From Eledone cirrhosa (taxonomy: Eukaryota): a stretch of 64,000 nucleotides of DNA. Made by a program: the position numbers and the translations under genes. The stretch spans positions 81,592,001-81,656,000 of the forward strand of contig OZ024740.1 in the NCBI GenBank assembly GCA_964016885.1. Direction: 5' to 3'. Below the pieces are notes generated by a model that had not been told where the DNA came from, made no database searches, and saw nothing but the letters and a program-made list of their open reading frames with translations. How positions within the stretch are numbered: position 1 is the stretch's first letter; each line of letters opens with the position of its first letter. Shown here piece after piece: positions 41,718-56,402 of this stretch.

Positions 41718-44700
41718 CAGAATCTCAGTATAGGTAAATATATGTGATAAAATGGGGAGAAATATACTGCTGGTAGCACATGGATAACATGTAATAAAAT
41801 AAGTCCCTCATCAGTGATTTGCCGACGATCATAGATATTTCATTGCATTAAAAATCATATACATCACGTCGGTGCAATAATAACTAAATTAAGTTATTAG
41901 GACAATTAAAACACGTAAAGCGAGTGAGACAGGAAAACAACAAAGAGTAGAGCTAACCGTAGAGGAAGGAAACAAGCTTCATAGTTATTCTATTAGCGTA
42001 AGCTAGGTGAATATATGAGCGCTTAGAAAAAAGACCTTTCGCGAACGAATGCAATGTAAGAAAGAGAGAAATTGCTTTCGTTACAAACGGGGTGAAGTGA
42101 GGAGAGGAGAAACAGTGAGTGAGTGAGTGGCAGTGTGAGGAAGAGTTAACTGACACGACAGAAGGGGCGAAAGAAAGTAGGAGAATCAGAGAGAATGAGG
42201 GAGCAGTAAGAGAGAGAGAGAGAAAAAAAAACAGAATCGCAGTATAGGTAAATATATGTGATAAAATGGGGAGAAAAATACTGCTGGTAGCACATGGATA
42301 ACATGTAATAAAATAAGTCCCTCATCAGGGATTTGCCGACGATCATAGATATTTCATTGCATTAAAAATCATATACCTCACGTCGGTGCAATAATAACTA
42401 AATTAAGTTATTAGGACAATTAACACGCGTAAAGCGAGTGAGACAGGAAAACAACAAAGAGTAGAGCTAACCGTAGAGGAAGGAAACAAGCTTCATAGTT
42501 ATTCTTTTAGCGTAAGCTAGGTGAATATATGAGCGCTTAGAAAAAAGACCTTTCGCGAACGAATGCAATGTAAGAAAGAGAGAAATTGCTTTCGTTACGA
42601 ACGGGGTGAAGTGAGGAGAGGAGAAACAGTGAGTGAGTGAGTGGAAGTGTGAGGAAGAGTTAACTGACACGACAGAGGGGGCGAAAGAAAGTAGGAGAAT
42701 CAGAGAGATTGAGGGAGCAGTAAGAGAGAGAGAGAGAAAAAAAAACAGAATCGCAGTATAGGTAAATATATGTGAAAAAATAGGGAGAAAAATACTGCTG
42801 GTAGCACATGGATAACATGTAATAAAATAAGTCCCTCATCAGTGATTTGCCGACGATCATAGATATTTCATGGCATTAAAATTCATATACCTCACGTCGG
42901 TGCAATAATAACTAAATTAAGTTATTAGGACAATTAAAACTCCGTAAAGCGAGTGAGACAGGAAAACAACAAAGAGTAGAGCTAACCGTAGAGGAAGGAA
43001 ACAAGCTTCATAGTTATTCTGTTAGCGTAAGCTAGGTGAATATATGAGCGCTTAGAAAAAAGACCTTTCGCGAACGAATGCAATGTAAGAAAGAGAGAAA
43101 TTGCTTTCGTTACGAACGGGGTGAAGTGAGGAGAGGAGAAACAGTGAGTTAGTGAGTGGAAGTGTGAGGAAGAGTTAACTGACACGACAGAGGGGGCGAA
43201 AGAAAGTAGGAGAAACAGAGAGAATGAGCATGCAGTGAGAGAGAGATAGAGAAAAAAAAACAGAATCGCAGTATAGGTAAATATATGTGATAAAATGGGG
43301 AGAAAAATACTGCTGGTAGCACATGGATAACATGTAATAAAATAAGTCCCTCATCAGGGATTTGCCGACGATCATAGATATTTCATTGCATTAAAAATCA
43401 TATACCTCACGTCGGTGCAATAATAACTAAATTAAGTTATTAGGACAATTAACACGCGTAAAGCGAGTGAGTCAGGAAAACAACAAAGAGTAGAGCTAAC
43501 CGTAGAGGAAGGAAACAAGCTTCATAGTTATTCTTTTAGCGTAAGCTAGGTGTATATATGAGCGCTTAGAAAAAAGACATTTCGCGAACGAATGCAATGT
43601 AAGAAAGAGAGAAATTGCTTTCGTTACGAACGGGGTGAAGTGAGGAGAGGAGAAACAGTGAGTGGGTGAGTGGAAGTGTGAGGAAGAGTTAACTGACACG
43701 ACAGAGGGGGCGAAAGAATGTAGGAGAATCAGAGAGAATGAGGGAGCAGTAAGAGAGAGAGAGAGAAAAAAAAACAGAATCGCACTATAGGTAAATATAT
43801 GTGATAAAATAGGGAGAAAAATACTGCTGGTAGCACATGGATAACATGTAATAAAATAAGTCCCTCATCAGTGATTTGCCGACGATCATAGATATTTCAT
43901 TGCAATAAAATTCATATACCTCACGTCGGTGCAATAATAACTAAATTAAGTTATTAGGACAATTAAAACGCGTAAAGCGAGTGAGACAGGAAAACAACAA
44001 AGAGTAGAGCTAACCGTAGAGGAAGGAAACAAGCTTCATAGTTATTCTGTTAGCGTAAGCTAGGTGAATATATGAGCGCTTAGAAAAAAGACATTTCGCG
44101 AACGAATGCAATGTAAGAAAGAGAGAAATTGCTTTCGTTACGAACGGGGTGAAGTGAGGAGAGGAGAAACAGTGAGTGAGTGAGTGGAAATGTGGGGAAG
44201 AGTTAACTGACACGACAGAGGGGGCTAAAGAAAGTAGGAGAAACAGAGAGAATGAGGAAGCAGTGAGAGAGAGAGAAAAAAAAAACAGAATCGCAGTATA
44301 TGTAAATATATGTGATAAAATGGGGAGAAAAATACTGCTGGTAGCACATGGATAACATGTAATAAAATAAGTCCCTCATCAGGGATTTGCCGACGATCAT
44401 AGATATTTCATTGCATTAAAAATCATATACCTCACGTCGGTGCAATAATAACTAAATTAAGTTATTAGGACAATTAAAACGCGTATAGCGAGTGAGACAG
44501 GAAAACAACAAAGAGTAGAGCTAACCGTAAAGGAAGGAAACAAGCTTCATAGTTATTCTGTTAGCGTAAGCTAGGTGAATATATGAGCGCTTAGAAAAAA
44601 GACCTTTCGCGAACGAATGCAATGTAAGAAAGAGAGAAATTGCTTTCGTTACGAACGGGGTGAAGTGAGGAGAGGAGAAACAGTGAGTGAGTGAGTGGAA

Positions 44701-45798
44701 GTGTGGGGAAGAGTTAACTGACACGACAGAGGGGGCTAAAGAAAGCAGGAGAAACAGAGAGAATGAGGAAGCAATGAGAGAGACAGAGAAAAAAAAACAG
44801 AATCGCAGTATAGGTAAATATATGTGATAAAATAGGGAGAAAAATACTGCTGGTAGCACATGGATAACATGTAATAAAATAAGTCCCTCATCAGTGATTT
44901 GCCGACGATCATAGATATTTCATTGCATTAAAAATCATATACCTCACGTCGGTGCAATAATAACTAAATTAAGTTATTAGGACAATTAACACGCGTAAAG
45001 CGAGTGAGACAGGAAAACAACAAAGAGTAGAGCTAACCGTAGAGGAAGGAAACAAGCTTCATAGTTATTCTTTTAGCGTAAGCTAGGTGAATATATGAGC
45101 GCTTAGAAAAAAGACCTTTCGCGAACGAATGCAATGTAAGAAAGAGAGAAATTGCTTTCGTTACGAACGGGGTGAAGTGAGGAGAGGAGAAACAGTGAGT
45201 GAGTGAGTGGAAGTGTGAGGAAGTGTTAACTGACACGACAGAAGGGGCGAAAGAAAGTAGGAGAATCAGAGAGAATGAGGGAGCAGTAAGAGAGAGAGAG
45301 AGAAAATAAAAACAGAATCGCAGTATAGGTAAATATATGTGATAAAATAGGGAGAAAAATACTGCTGGTAGCACATGGATAACATGTAATAAAATACGTC
45401 CCTCATCAGTGATTTGCCGACGATCATAGATATTTCATTGCATTAAAATTCATATACCTCACGTCGGTGCAATAATAACTAAATTAAGTTATTAGGACAA
45501 TTAAAACGCGTAAAGCGAGTGAGACAGGAAAACAACAAGGAGTAGAGCTAACCGTAGAGGAAGGAAACAAGCTTCATAGTTATTCTGTTAGCGTAAGCTA
45601 GGTGAATATATGAGCGCTTAGAAAAAAGACCTTTCGCGAACGAATGCAATGTAAGAAAGAGAGAAATTGCTTTCGTTACGAACGGGGTGAAGTGAGGAGA
45701 GGAGAAACAGTGAGTGAGTGAGTGGAAGTGTGGGGAAGAGGTAACTGACACGACAGAGGTGGCGAAAGAAAGTAGGAGAAACAGAGAGAATGAGGAAG

Positions 45799-45836
<38 letters not shown>

Positions 45837-47873
45837 AAAACAGAATCGCAGTATAGGTAAATATATGTGATAAAATGGGGAGAAAAATACTGCTGGTAGC
45901 ACATGGATAACATGTAATAAAATAAGTCCCTCATCAGTGATTTGCCGACGATCATAGATATTTCATTGCATTAAAAATCATATACCTCACGTCGGTGCAA
46001 TAATAACTAAATTAAGTTATTAGGACAATTAAAACGCGTATAGCGAGTGAGACAGGAAAACAACAAAGAGTAGAGCTAACCGTAGAGGAAGGAAACAAGC
46101 TTCATAATTATTCTGTTAGCGTAAGCTAGGTGAATATATGAGCGCTTAGAAAAAAGACCTTTCGCGAACGAATGCAATGTAAGAAAGAGAGAAATTGCTT
46201 TCGTTACGAACGGGGTGAAGGGAGGAGAGGAGAAACAGTGAGTGAGTGAGTGGAAGTGTGAGGAAGAGTTAACTGACACGACAGAGGAGGCGAAAGAAAG
46301 TAGGAGAAACAGAGAGAATGAGGGAGCAGTAAGAGAGAGAGAGAAAAAAAAAACAGAATCGCAGTATAGGTAAATATATGTGATAAAATGGGGAGAAAAA
46401 TACTGCTGGTAGCACATGGATAACATGTAATAAAATAAGTCCCTCATCAGTGATTTGCCGACGATCATAGATATTTCATTGCATTAAAAATCATATACCT
46501 CACGTCGGTGCAATAATAACTAAATTAAGTTATTAGGACAATTAAAACGCGTAAAGCGAGTGAGACAGGAAAACAACAAAGAGTAGAGCTAACCGTAGAG
46601 GAAGGAAACAACCTTCATAGTTATTCTTTTAGCGTAAGCTAGGTGAATATATGAGCGCTTAGAAAAAAGACCTTTCGCGAACGAATGCAATGTAAGAAAG
46701 AGAGAAATTGCTTTCGTTACGAACGGGGTGAAGTGAGGAGAGGAGAAACAGTGAGTGAGTGAGTGGAAGTGTGAGGAAGAGTTAACTGACACGACAGAGG
46801 GGGCGAAAGAAAGTAGGAGAATCAGAGAGAATGAGGGAGCAGTAAGAGAGAGAGAGAGAGAAAAAAAAACAGAATCGCAGTATAGGTAAATATATGTGAT
46901 AAAATAGGGAGAAAAATACTGCTGGTAGCACATGGATAACATGTAATAAAATAAGTCCCTCATCAGTGATTTTCCGACGATCATAGATATTTCATTGCAT
47001 TAAAATTCATATACCTCACGTCGGTGCAATAATAACTAAATTAAGTTATTAGGACAATTAAAACGCGTAAAGCGAGTGAGACAGGAAAACAACAAAGAGT
47101 AGAGCTAACCGTAGAGGAAGGAAACAAGCTTCATAGTTATTCTGTTAGCGTAAGCTAGGTGAATATATGAGCGCTTAGAAAAAAGATCTTTCGCGAACGA
47201 ATGCAATGTAAGAAAGAGAGAAATTGCTTTCGTTACGAACGGGGTGAAGTGAGGAGAGGAGAAACAGTGAGGTAGTGAGTGGAAGTGTGAGGAAGAGTTA
47301 ACTGACACGACAGAGGGGGCGAAAGAAAGTAGGAGAAACAGAGAGAATGAGCAAGCAGTGAGAGAGAGAGAGAGAGAGAGAGAAAAAAAAACAGAATCGC
47401 AGTATAGGTATAAGTGATAAAATGGGGAGAAAAATACTGCTGGTAGAACATGGATAACATGTAATAAAATAAGTCCCTCATCAGTGATTTGCCGACGATC
47501 ATAGATATTTCATTGCATTAAAAATCATATACCTCACGTCCGTGCAATAATAACTAAATTAAGTTATTAGGACAATTAAAACGCGTAAAGCGAGTGAGAC
47601 AGTAAAACAACAAAGAGTAGAGCTAACCGTAGAGGAAGGAAACAAGCTTCATAGTTATTCTGTTAGCGTAAGCTAGGTGAATATATGAGCGCTTAGAAAA
47701 AAGACCTTTCGCGAACGAATGCAATGTAAGAAAGAGAGAAATTGCTTTCGTTACGAACGGGGTGAAGTGAGGAGAGGAGAAACAGTGAGTGAGTGAGTGG
47801 AAGTGTGGGGAAGAGTTAACTGACACGACAGAGGGGGCGAAAGAAAGTAGGAGAAACAGAGAGAATAAGGAAG

Positions 47874-47913
<40 letters not shown>

Positions 47914-49687
47914 AACAGAATCGCAGTATAGGTAAATATATGTGATAAAATGGGGAGAAAAATACTGCTGGTAGCACATGGATAACATGTAATAAAATAA
48001 GTCCCTCATTAGTGATTTGCCGACGGTCATAGATATTTCATTGCATTAAAAATCATATACCTCACGTCGGTGCAATAATAACTAAATTAAGTTATTAGGA
48101 CAATTAAATCGCGTATAGCGAGTGAGACAGGAAAACAACAAAGAGTAGAGCTAACCGTAGAGGAAGGAAACAAGCTTCATAGTTATTCTGTTAGCGTAAG
48201 CTAGGTGAATATATGAGCGCTTAGAAAAAAGACCTTTCGCGAACGAATGCAATGTAAGAAAGAGAGAAATTGCTTTCGTTACGAACGGGGTGAAGGGAGG
48301 AGAGGAGAAACAGTGAGTGAGTGAGTGGAAGTGTGAGGAAGAGTTAACTGACACGACAGAGGAGGCGAAAGAAAGTAGGAGAAACAGAGAGAATGAGGGA
48401 GCAGTAAGAGAGAGAGAGAGAAAAAAAAACGGAATCGCAGTATAGGTAAATATATGTGATAAAATGGGGAGAAAAATACTGCTGGTAGCACATGGATAAC
48501 ATGTAATAAAATAAGTCCCTCATCAGTGATTTGCCGACGATCATAGATATTTCATTGCATTAAAAATCATATACCTCACGTCGGTGCAATAATAACTAAA
48601 TTAAGTTATTAGGACAATTAAAACGCGTAAAGCGAGTGAGACAGGAAAACAACAAAGAGTAGAGCTAACCGTAGAGGAAGGAAACAAGCTTCATAGTTAT
48701 TCTGTTAGCGTAAGCTAGGTGAATATATGAGCGCTTAAAAAAAAGACCTTTCGCGAACGAATGCAATGTAAGAAAGAGAGAAATTGCTTTCGTTACGAAC
48801 GGGGTGAAGTGAGGAGAGGAGAAACAGTGAGTGAGTGAGTGGAAGTGTGGGGAAGAGTTAACTGACACGACAGAGGGGGCGAAAGAAAGTAGGAGAAACA
48901 GAGAGAATGAGGAAGCAGTGAGAGAGAGAGAGAAAAAAAAACAGAATCGCAGTATAGGTAAATATATGTGATAAAATGGGGAGAAAAATACTGCTGGTAG
49001 CACATGGATAACATGTAATAAAATAAGTCCCTCATCAGTGATTTGCCGACGATCATAGATATTTCATTGCATTAAAAATCATATACCTCACGTCGGTGCA
49101 ATAATAACTAAATTAAGTTATTAGGACAATTAAAACGTGTAAAGCGAGTGAGACAGGAAAACAACAAAGAGTAGAGCTAACCGTAGAGGAAGGAAACAAG
49201 CTTCACAGTTATTCTGTTAGCGTAAGCTAGGTGAATATATGAGCGCTTAAAAAAAAGACCTTTCGCGAACGAATGCTATGTAAGAAAGAGAGAAATTGCT
49301 TTCGTTACGAACGGGGTGAAGTGAGGAGAGGAGAAACAGTGAGTGAGTGAGTGGAAGTGTGGGGAAGAGTTAACTGACACGACAGAGGGGGCGAAAGAAA
49401 GTAGGAGAAACAGAGAGAATGAGGAAGCAGTGAGAGAGAGAGAGAAAAAAAACAGAATCGCAGTATAGGTAAATATATGTGATAAAATGGGGAGAAAAAT
49501 ACTGCTGGTAGCACATGGATAACATGTAATAAAATAAGTCCCTCATCAGTGATTTACCGACGATCATAGATATTTCATTGCATTAAAAATCATATACCTC
49601 ACGTCGGTGCAATAATAACTAAATTAAGTTATTAGGACAATTAAAACGCGTATAGAGAGTGAGACAGGAAAACAACAAAGAGTAGAG
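33650..49687. repeat. 15-mer/16-mer segmental duplication within the array (7761 bp and 8277 bp units)
   Basis: Monomers 33650-41410 map in order onto 41411-49687; the offset is ~7763 for the first five monomers and ~8275 afterwards. Confidence 0.9.
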
Positions 49688-49938
49688 CTAACCGTAGAGG
49701 AAGGAAACAAGCTTCATAGTTATTCTGTTAGCGTAAGCTAAGTGAATATATGAGCGCTTAGAAAAAAGACCTTTCGCGAACGAATGCAATGTAAGAAAGA
49801 GAGAAATTGCTTTCGTTACGAACGGGGTGAAGTGAGGAGAGGAGAAACAGTGAGTGAGTGAGTGGAAGTGTGGGGAAGAGGTAACTGACACGACAGAGGT
49901 GGCGAAAGAAAGTAGGAGAAACAGAGAGAATGAGGAAG

Positions 49939-49976
<38 letters not shown>

Positions 49977-52013
49977 AAAACAGAATCGCAGTATAGGTAA
50001 ATATATGTGATAAAATGGGGAGAAAAATACTGCTGGTAGCACATGGATAACATGTAATAAAATAAGTCCCTCATCAGTGATTTGCCGACGATCATAGATA
50101 TTTCATTGCATTAAAAATCATATACCTCACGTCGGTGCAATAATAACTAAATTAAGTTATTAGGACAATTAAAACGCGTATAGCGAGTGAGACAGGAAAA
50201 CAACAAAGAGTAGAGCTAACCGTAGAGGAAGGAAACAAGCTTCATAATTATTCTGTTAGCGTAAGCTAGGTGAATATATGAGCGCTTAGAAAAAAGACCT
50301 TTCGCGAACGAATGCAATGTAAGAAAGAGAGAAATTGCTTTCGTTACGAACGGGGTGAAGGGAGGAGAGGAGAAACAGTGAGTGAGTGAGTGGAAGTGTG
50401 AGGAAGAGTTAACTGACACGACAGAGGAGGCGAAAGAAAGTAGGAGAAACAGAGAGAATGAGGGAGCAGTAAGAGAGAGAGAGAAAAAAAAAACAGAATC
50501 GCAGTATAGGTAAATATATGTGATAAAATGGGGAGAAAAATACTGCTGGTAGCACATGGATAACATGTAATAAAATAAGTCCCTCATCAGTGATTTGCCG
50601 ACGATCATAGATATTTCATTGCATTAAAAATCATATACCTCACGTCGGTGCAATAATAACTAAATTAAGTTATTAGGACAATTAAAACGCGTAAAGCGAG
50701 TGAGACAGGAAAACAACAAAGAGTAGAGCTAACCGTAGAGGAAGGAAACAACCTTCATAGTTATTCTTTTAGCGTAAGCTAGGTGAATATATGAGCGCTT
50801 AGAAAAAAGACCTTTCGCGAACGAATGCAATGTAAGAAAGAGAGAAATTGCTTTCGTTACGAACGGGGTGAAGTGAGGAGAGGAGAAACAGTGAGTGAGT
50901 GAGTGGAAGTGTGAGGAAGAGTTAACTGACACGACAGAGGGGGCGAAAGAAAGTAGGAGAATCAGAGAGAATGAGGGAGCAGTAAGAGAGAGAGAGAGAG
51001 AAAAAAAAACAGAATCGCAGTATAGGTAAATATATGTGATAAAATAGGGAGAAAAATACTGCTGGTAGCACATGGATAACATGTAATAAAATAAGTCCCT
51101 CATCAGTGATTTTCCGACGATCATAGATATTTCATTGCATTAAAATTCATATACCTCACGTCGGTGCAATAATAACTAAATTAAGTTATTAGGACAATTA
51201 AAACGCGTAAAGCGAGTGAGACAGGAAAACAACAAAGAGTAGAGCTAACCGTAGAGGAAGGAAACAAGCTTCATAGTTATTCTGTTAGCGTAAGCTAGGT
51301 GAATATATGAGCGCTTAGAAAAAAGATCTTTCGCGAACGAATGCAATGTAAGAAAGAGAGAAATTGCTTTCGTTACGAACGGGGTGAAGTGAGGAGAGGA
51401 GAAACAGTGAGGTAGTGAGTGGAAGTGTGAGGAAGAGTTAACTGACACGACAGAGGGGGCGAAAGAAAGTAGGAGAAACAGAGAGAATGAGCAAGCAGTG
51501 AGAGAGAGAGAGAGAGAGAGAGAAAAAAAAACAGAATCGCAGTATAGGTATAAGTGATAAAATGGGGAGAAAAATACTGCTGGTAGAACATGGATAACAT
51601 GTAATAAAATAAGTCCCTCATCAGTGATTTGCCGACGATCATAGATATTTCATTGCATTAAAAATCATATACCTCACGTCCGTGCAATAATAACTAAATT
51701 AAGTTATTAGGACAATTAAAACGCGTAAAGCGAGTGAGACAGTAAAACAACAAAGAGTAGAGCTAACCGTAGAGGAAGGAAACAAGCTTCATAGTTATTC
51801 TGTTAGCGTAAGCTAGGTGAATATATGAGCGCTTAGAAAAAAGACCTTTCGCGAACGAATGCAATGTAAGAAAGAGAGAAATTGCTTTCGTTACGAACGG
51901 GGTGAAGTGAGGAGAGGAGAAACAGTGAGTGAGTGAGTGGAAGTGTGGGGAAGAGTTAACTGACACGACAGAGGGGGCGAAAGAAAGTAGGAGAAACAGA
52001 GAGAATAAGGAAG

Positions 52014-52053
<40 letters not shown>

Positions 52054-53970
52054 AACAGAATCGCAGTATAGGTAAATATATGTGATAAAATGGGGAGAAA
52101 AATACTGCTGGTAGCACATGGATAACATGTAATAAAATAAGTCCCTCATTAGTGATTTGCCGACGGTCATAGATATTTCATTGCATTAAAAATCATATAC
52201 CTCACGTCGGTGCAATAATAACTAAATTAAGTTATTAGGACAATTAAATCGCGTATAGCGAGTGAGACAGGAAAACAACAAAGAGTAGAGCTAACCGTAG
52301 AGGAAGGAAACAAGCTTCATAGTTATTCTGTTAGCGTAAGCTAGGTGAATATATGAGCGCTTAGAAAAAAGACCTTTCGCGAACGAATGCAATGTAAGAA
52401 AGAGAGAAATTGCTTTCGTTACGAACGGGGTGAAGGGAGGAGAGGAGAAACAGTGAGTGAGTGAGTGGAAGTGTGAGGAAGAGTTAACTGACACGACAGA
52501 GGAGGCGAAAGAAAGTAGGAGAAACAGAGAGAATGAGGGAGCAGTAAGAGAGAGAGAGAGAAAAAAAAACGGAATCGCAGTATAGGTAAATATATGTGAT
52601 AAAATGGGGAGAAAAATACTGCTGGTAGCACATGGATAACATGTAATAAAATAAGTCCCTCATCAGTGATTTGCCGACGATCATAGATATTTCATTGCAT
52701 TAAAAATCATATACCTCACGTCGGTGCAATAATAACTAAATTAAGTTATTAGGACAATTAAAACGCGTAAAGCGAGTGAGACAGGAAAACAACAAAGAGT
52801 AGAGCTAACCGTAGAGGAAGGAAACAAGCTTCATAGTTATTCTGTTAGCGTAAGCTAGGTGAATATATGAGCGCTTAAAAAAAAGACCTTTCGCGAACGA
52901 ATGCAATGTAAGAAAGAGAGAAATTGCTTTCGTTACGAACGGGGTGAAGTGAGGAGAGGAGAAACAGTGAGTGAGTGAGTGGAAGTGTGGGGAAGAGTTA
53001 ACTGACACGACAGAGGGGGCGAAAGAAAGTAGGAGAAACAGAGAGAATGAGGAAGCAGTGAGAGAGAGAGAGAAAAAAAAACAGAATCGCAGTATAGGTA
53101 AATATATGTGATAAAATGGGGAGAAAAATACTGCTGGTAGCACATGGATAACATGTAATAAAATAAGTCCCTCATCAGTGATTTGCCGACGATCATAGAT
53201 ATTTCATTGCATTAAAAATCATATACCTCACGTCGGTGCAATAATAACTAAATTAAGTTATTAGGACAATTAAAACGTGTAAAGCGAGTGAGACAGGAAA
53301 ACAACAAAGAGTAGAGCTAACCGTAGAGGAAGGAAACAAGCTTCACAGTTATTCTGTTAGCGTAAGCTAGGTGAATATATGAGCGCTTAAAAAAAAGACC
53401 TTTCGCGAACGAATGCTATGTAAGAAAGAGAGAAATTGCTTTCGTTACGAACGGGGTGAAGTGAGGAGAGGAGAAACAGTGAGTGAGTGAGTGGAAGTGT
53501 GGGGAAGAGTTAACTGACACGACAGAGGGGGCGAAAGAAAGTAGGAGAAACAGAGAGAATGAGGAAGCAGTGAGAGAGAGAGAGAAAAAAAACAGAATCG
53601 CAGTATAGGTAAATATATGTGATAAAATGGGGAGAAAAATACTGCTGGTAGCACATGGATAACATGTAATAAAATAAGTCCCTCATCAGTGATTTACCGA
53701 CGATCATAGATATTTCATTGCATTAAAAATCATATACCTCACGTCGGTGCAATAATAACTAAATTAAGTTATTAGGACAATTAAAACGCGTATAGAGAGT
53801 GAGACAGGAAAACAACAAAGAGTAGAGCTAACCGTAGAGGAAGGAAACAAGCTTCATAGTTATTCTGTTAGCGTAAGCTAAGTGAATATATGAGCGCTTA
53901 GAAAAAAGACCTTTCGCGAACGAATGCAATGTAAGAAAGAGAGAAATTGCTTTCGTTACGAACGGGGTGA
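45602..53970. repeat. 8-mer tandem duplication, 4140 bp period, apparently identical copies
   Basis: Monomer starts and ORF translations repeat at exactly +4140 (45548/49688, 46076/50216 ... 49177/53317), including microsatellite lengths. Confidence 0.93.
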
Positions 53971-56402
53971 AGGGAGGAGAGGAGAAACAGTGAGTGAGTG
54001 AGTGGAAGTGTGAGGAAGAGTTAACTGACACGACAGAGGAGGCGAAAGAAAGTAGGAGAAACAGAGAGAATGAGGGAGCAGTAAGAGAGAGAGAGAAAAA
54101 AAAATAGAATCGCAGTATAGGTAAATATATGTGATAAAATGGGGAGAAAAATACTGCTGGTAGCACATGGATAACATGTAATAAAATAAGTCCCTCATCA
54201 GTGATTTGCCGACGATCATAGATATTTCATTGCATTAAAAATCATATACCTCACGTCGGTGCAATAATAACTAAATTAAGTTATTAGGACAATTAAAACG
54301 CGTAAAGCGAGTGAGACAGGAAAACAACAAAGAGTAGAGCTAACCGTAGAGGAAGGAAACAAGCTTCATAGCTATTCTTTTAGCGTAAGCTAGGTGAATA
54401 TATGAGCGCTTAGAAAAAAGACCTTTCGCGAACGAATGCAATGTAAGAAAGAGAGAAATTGCTTTCGTTACGAACGGGGTGAAGTGAGGAGAGGAGAAAC
54501 AGTGAGGTAGTGAGTGGAAGTGTGAGGAAGAGTTAACTGACACGACAGAGGAGGCGAAAGAAAGTAGGAGAAACAGAGAGAATGAGGGAGCAGTAAGAGA
54601 GAGAGAAAAAAAAAAAACAGAATCGCAGTATAGGTAAATATATGTGATAAAATGGGGAGAAAAATACTGCTGGTAGCACATGGATAACATGTAATAAAAT
54701 AAGTCCCTCATCAGTGATTTGCCGACGATCATAGATATTTCATTGCATTAAAAATCATATACCTCACGTCGGTGCAATAATAACTAAATTAAGTTATTAG
54801 GACAATTAAAACGCGTAAAGCGAGTGAGACAGGAAAACAACAAAGAGTAGAGCTAACCGTAGAGGAAGGAAACAAGCTTCATAGTTATTCTTTTAGCGTA
54901 AGCTAGGTGAATATATGAGCGCTTAGAAAAAAGACCTTTCGCGAACGAATGCAATGTAAGAAAGACAGAAATTGCTTTCGTTACGAACGGGGTGAAGTGA
55001 GGAGAGGAGAAACAGTGAGTGAGTGAGTGGAAGTGTGAGGAAGAGTTAACTGACACGACAGAGGGGGCGAAAGAAAGTAGGAGAATCAGAGAGAATGAGG
55101 GAGCAGTAAGAGAGAGAGAGAGAGAAAAAAAAACAGAATCGCAGTATAGGTAAATATATGAGATAAAATAGGGAGAAAAATACTGCTGGTAGCACATGGA
55201 TAACATGTAATAAAATAAGTCCCTCATCAGTGATTTGCCGACGATCATAGATATTTCATTGCATTAAAATTCATATACCTCACGTCGGTGCAATAATAAC
55301 TAAATTAAGTTATTAGGACAATTAAAACGCGTAAAGCGAGTGAGACAGGAAAACAACAAAGAGTAGAGCTAACCGTAGAGGAAGGAAACAAGCTTCATAG
55401 TTATTCTGTTAGCGTAAGCTAGGTGAATATATGAGCGCTTAGAAAAAAGATCTTTCGCGAACGAATGCAATGTAAGAAAGAGAGAAATTGCTTTCGTTAC
55501 GAACGGGGTGAAGTGAGGAGAGGAGAAACAGTGAGGTAGTGAGTGGAAGTGTGAGGAAGAGTTAACTGACACGACAGAGGGGGCGAAAGAAAGTAGGAGA
55601 AACAGAGAGAATGAGCAAGCAGTGAGAGAGAGAGAGAGAGAAAAAAAAACAGAATCGCAGTATAGGTAAATATAAGTGATAAAATGGGGAGAAAAATACT
55701 GCTGGTAGCACATGGATAACATGTAATAAAATAAGTCCCTCATCAGTGATTTGCCGACGATCATAGATATTTCATTGCATTAAAAATCATATACCTCACG
55801 TCCGTGCAATAATAACTAAATTAAGTTATTAGGACAATTAAAACGCGTAAAGCGAGTGAGACAGTAAAACAACAAAGAGTATAGCTAACCGTAGAGGAAG
55901 GAAACAAGCTTCATAGTTATTCTGTTAGCGTAAGCTAGGTGAATATATGAGCGCTTAGAAAAAAGACCTTTCGCGAACGAATGCAATGTAAGAAAGAGAG
56001 AAATTGCTTTCGTTACGAACGGGGTGAAGTGAGGAGAGGAGAAACAGTGAGTGAGTGAGTGAGTGGAAGTGTGGGGAAGAGTTAACTGACACGACAGAGG
56101 GGGCGAAAGAAAGTAGGAGAAACAGAGAGAATGAGGGAGCAGTAAGAGAGAGAGAGAGAAAAAAAAACAGAATCGCAGTATAGGTAAATATATGTGATAA
56201 AATGGGGAGAAAAATACTGCTGGTAGCACATGGATAACATGTAATAAAATAAGTCCCTCATCAGTGATTTGCCGACGATCATAGATAATTCATTGCATTA
56301 AAATTCATATACCTCACGTCGGTGCAATAATAACTAAATTAAGTTATTAGGACAATTAAAACGCGTAAAGCGAGTGTGACAGGAAAACAACAAAGAGTAG
56401 AG

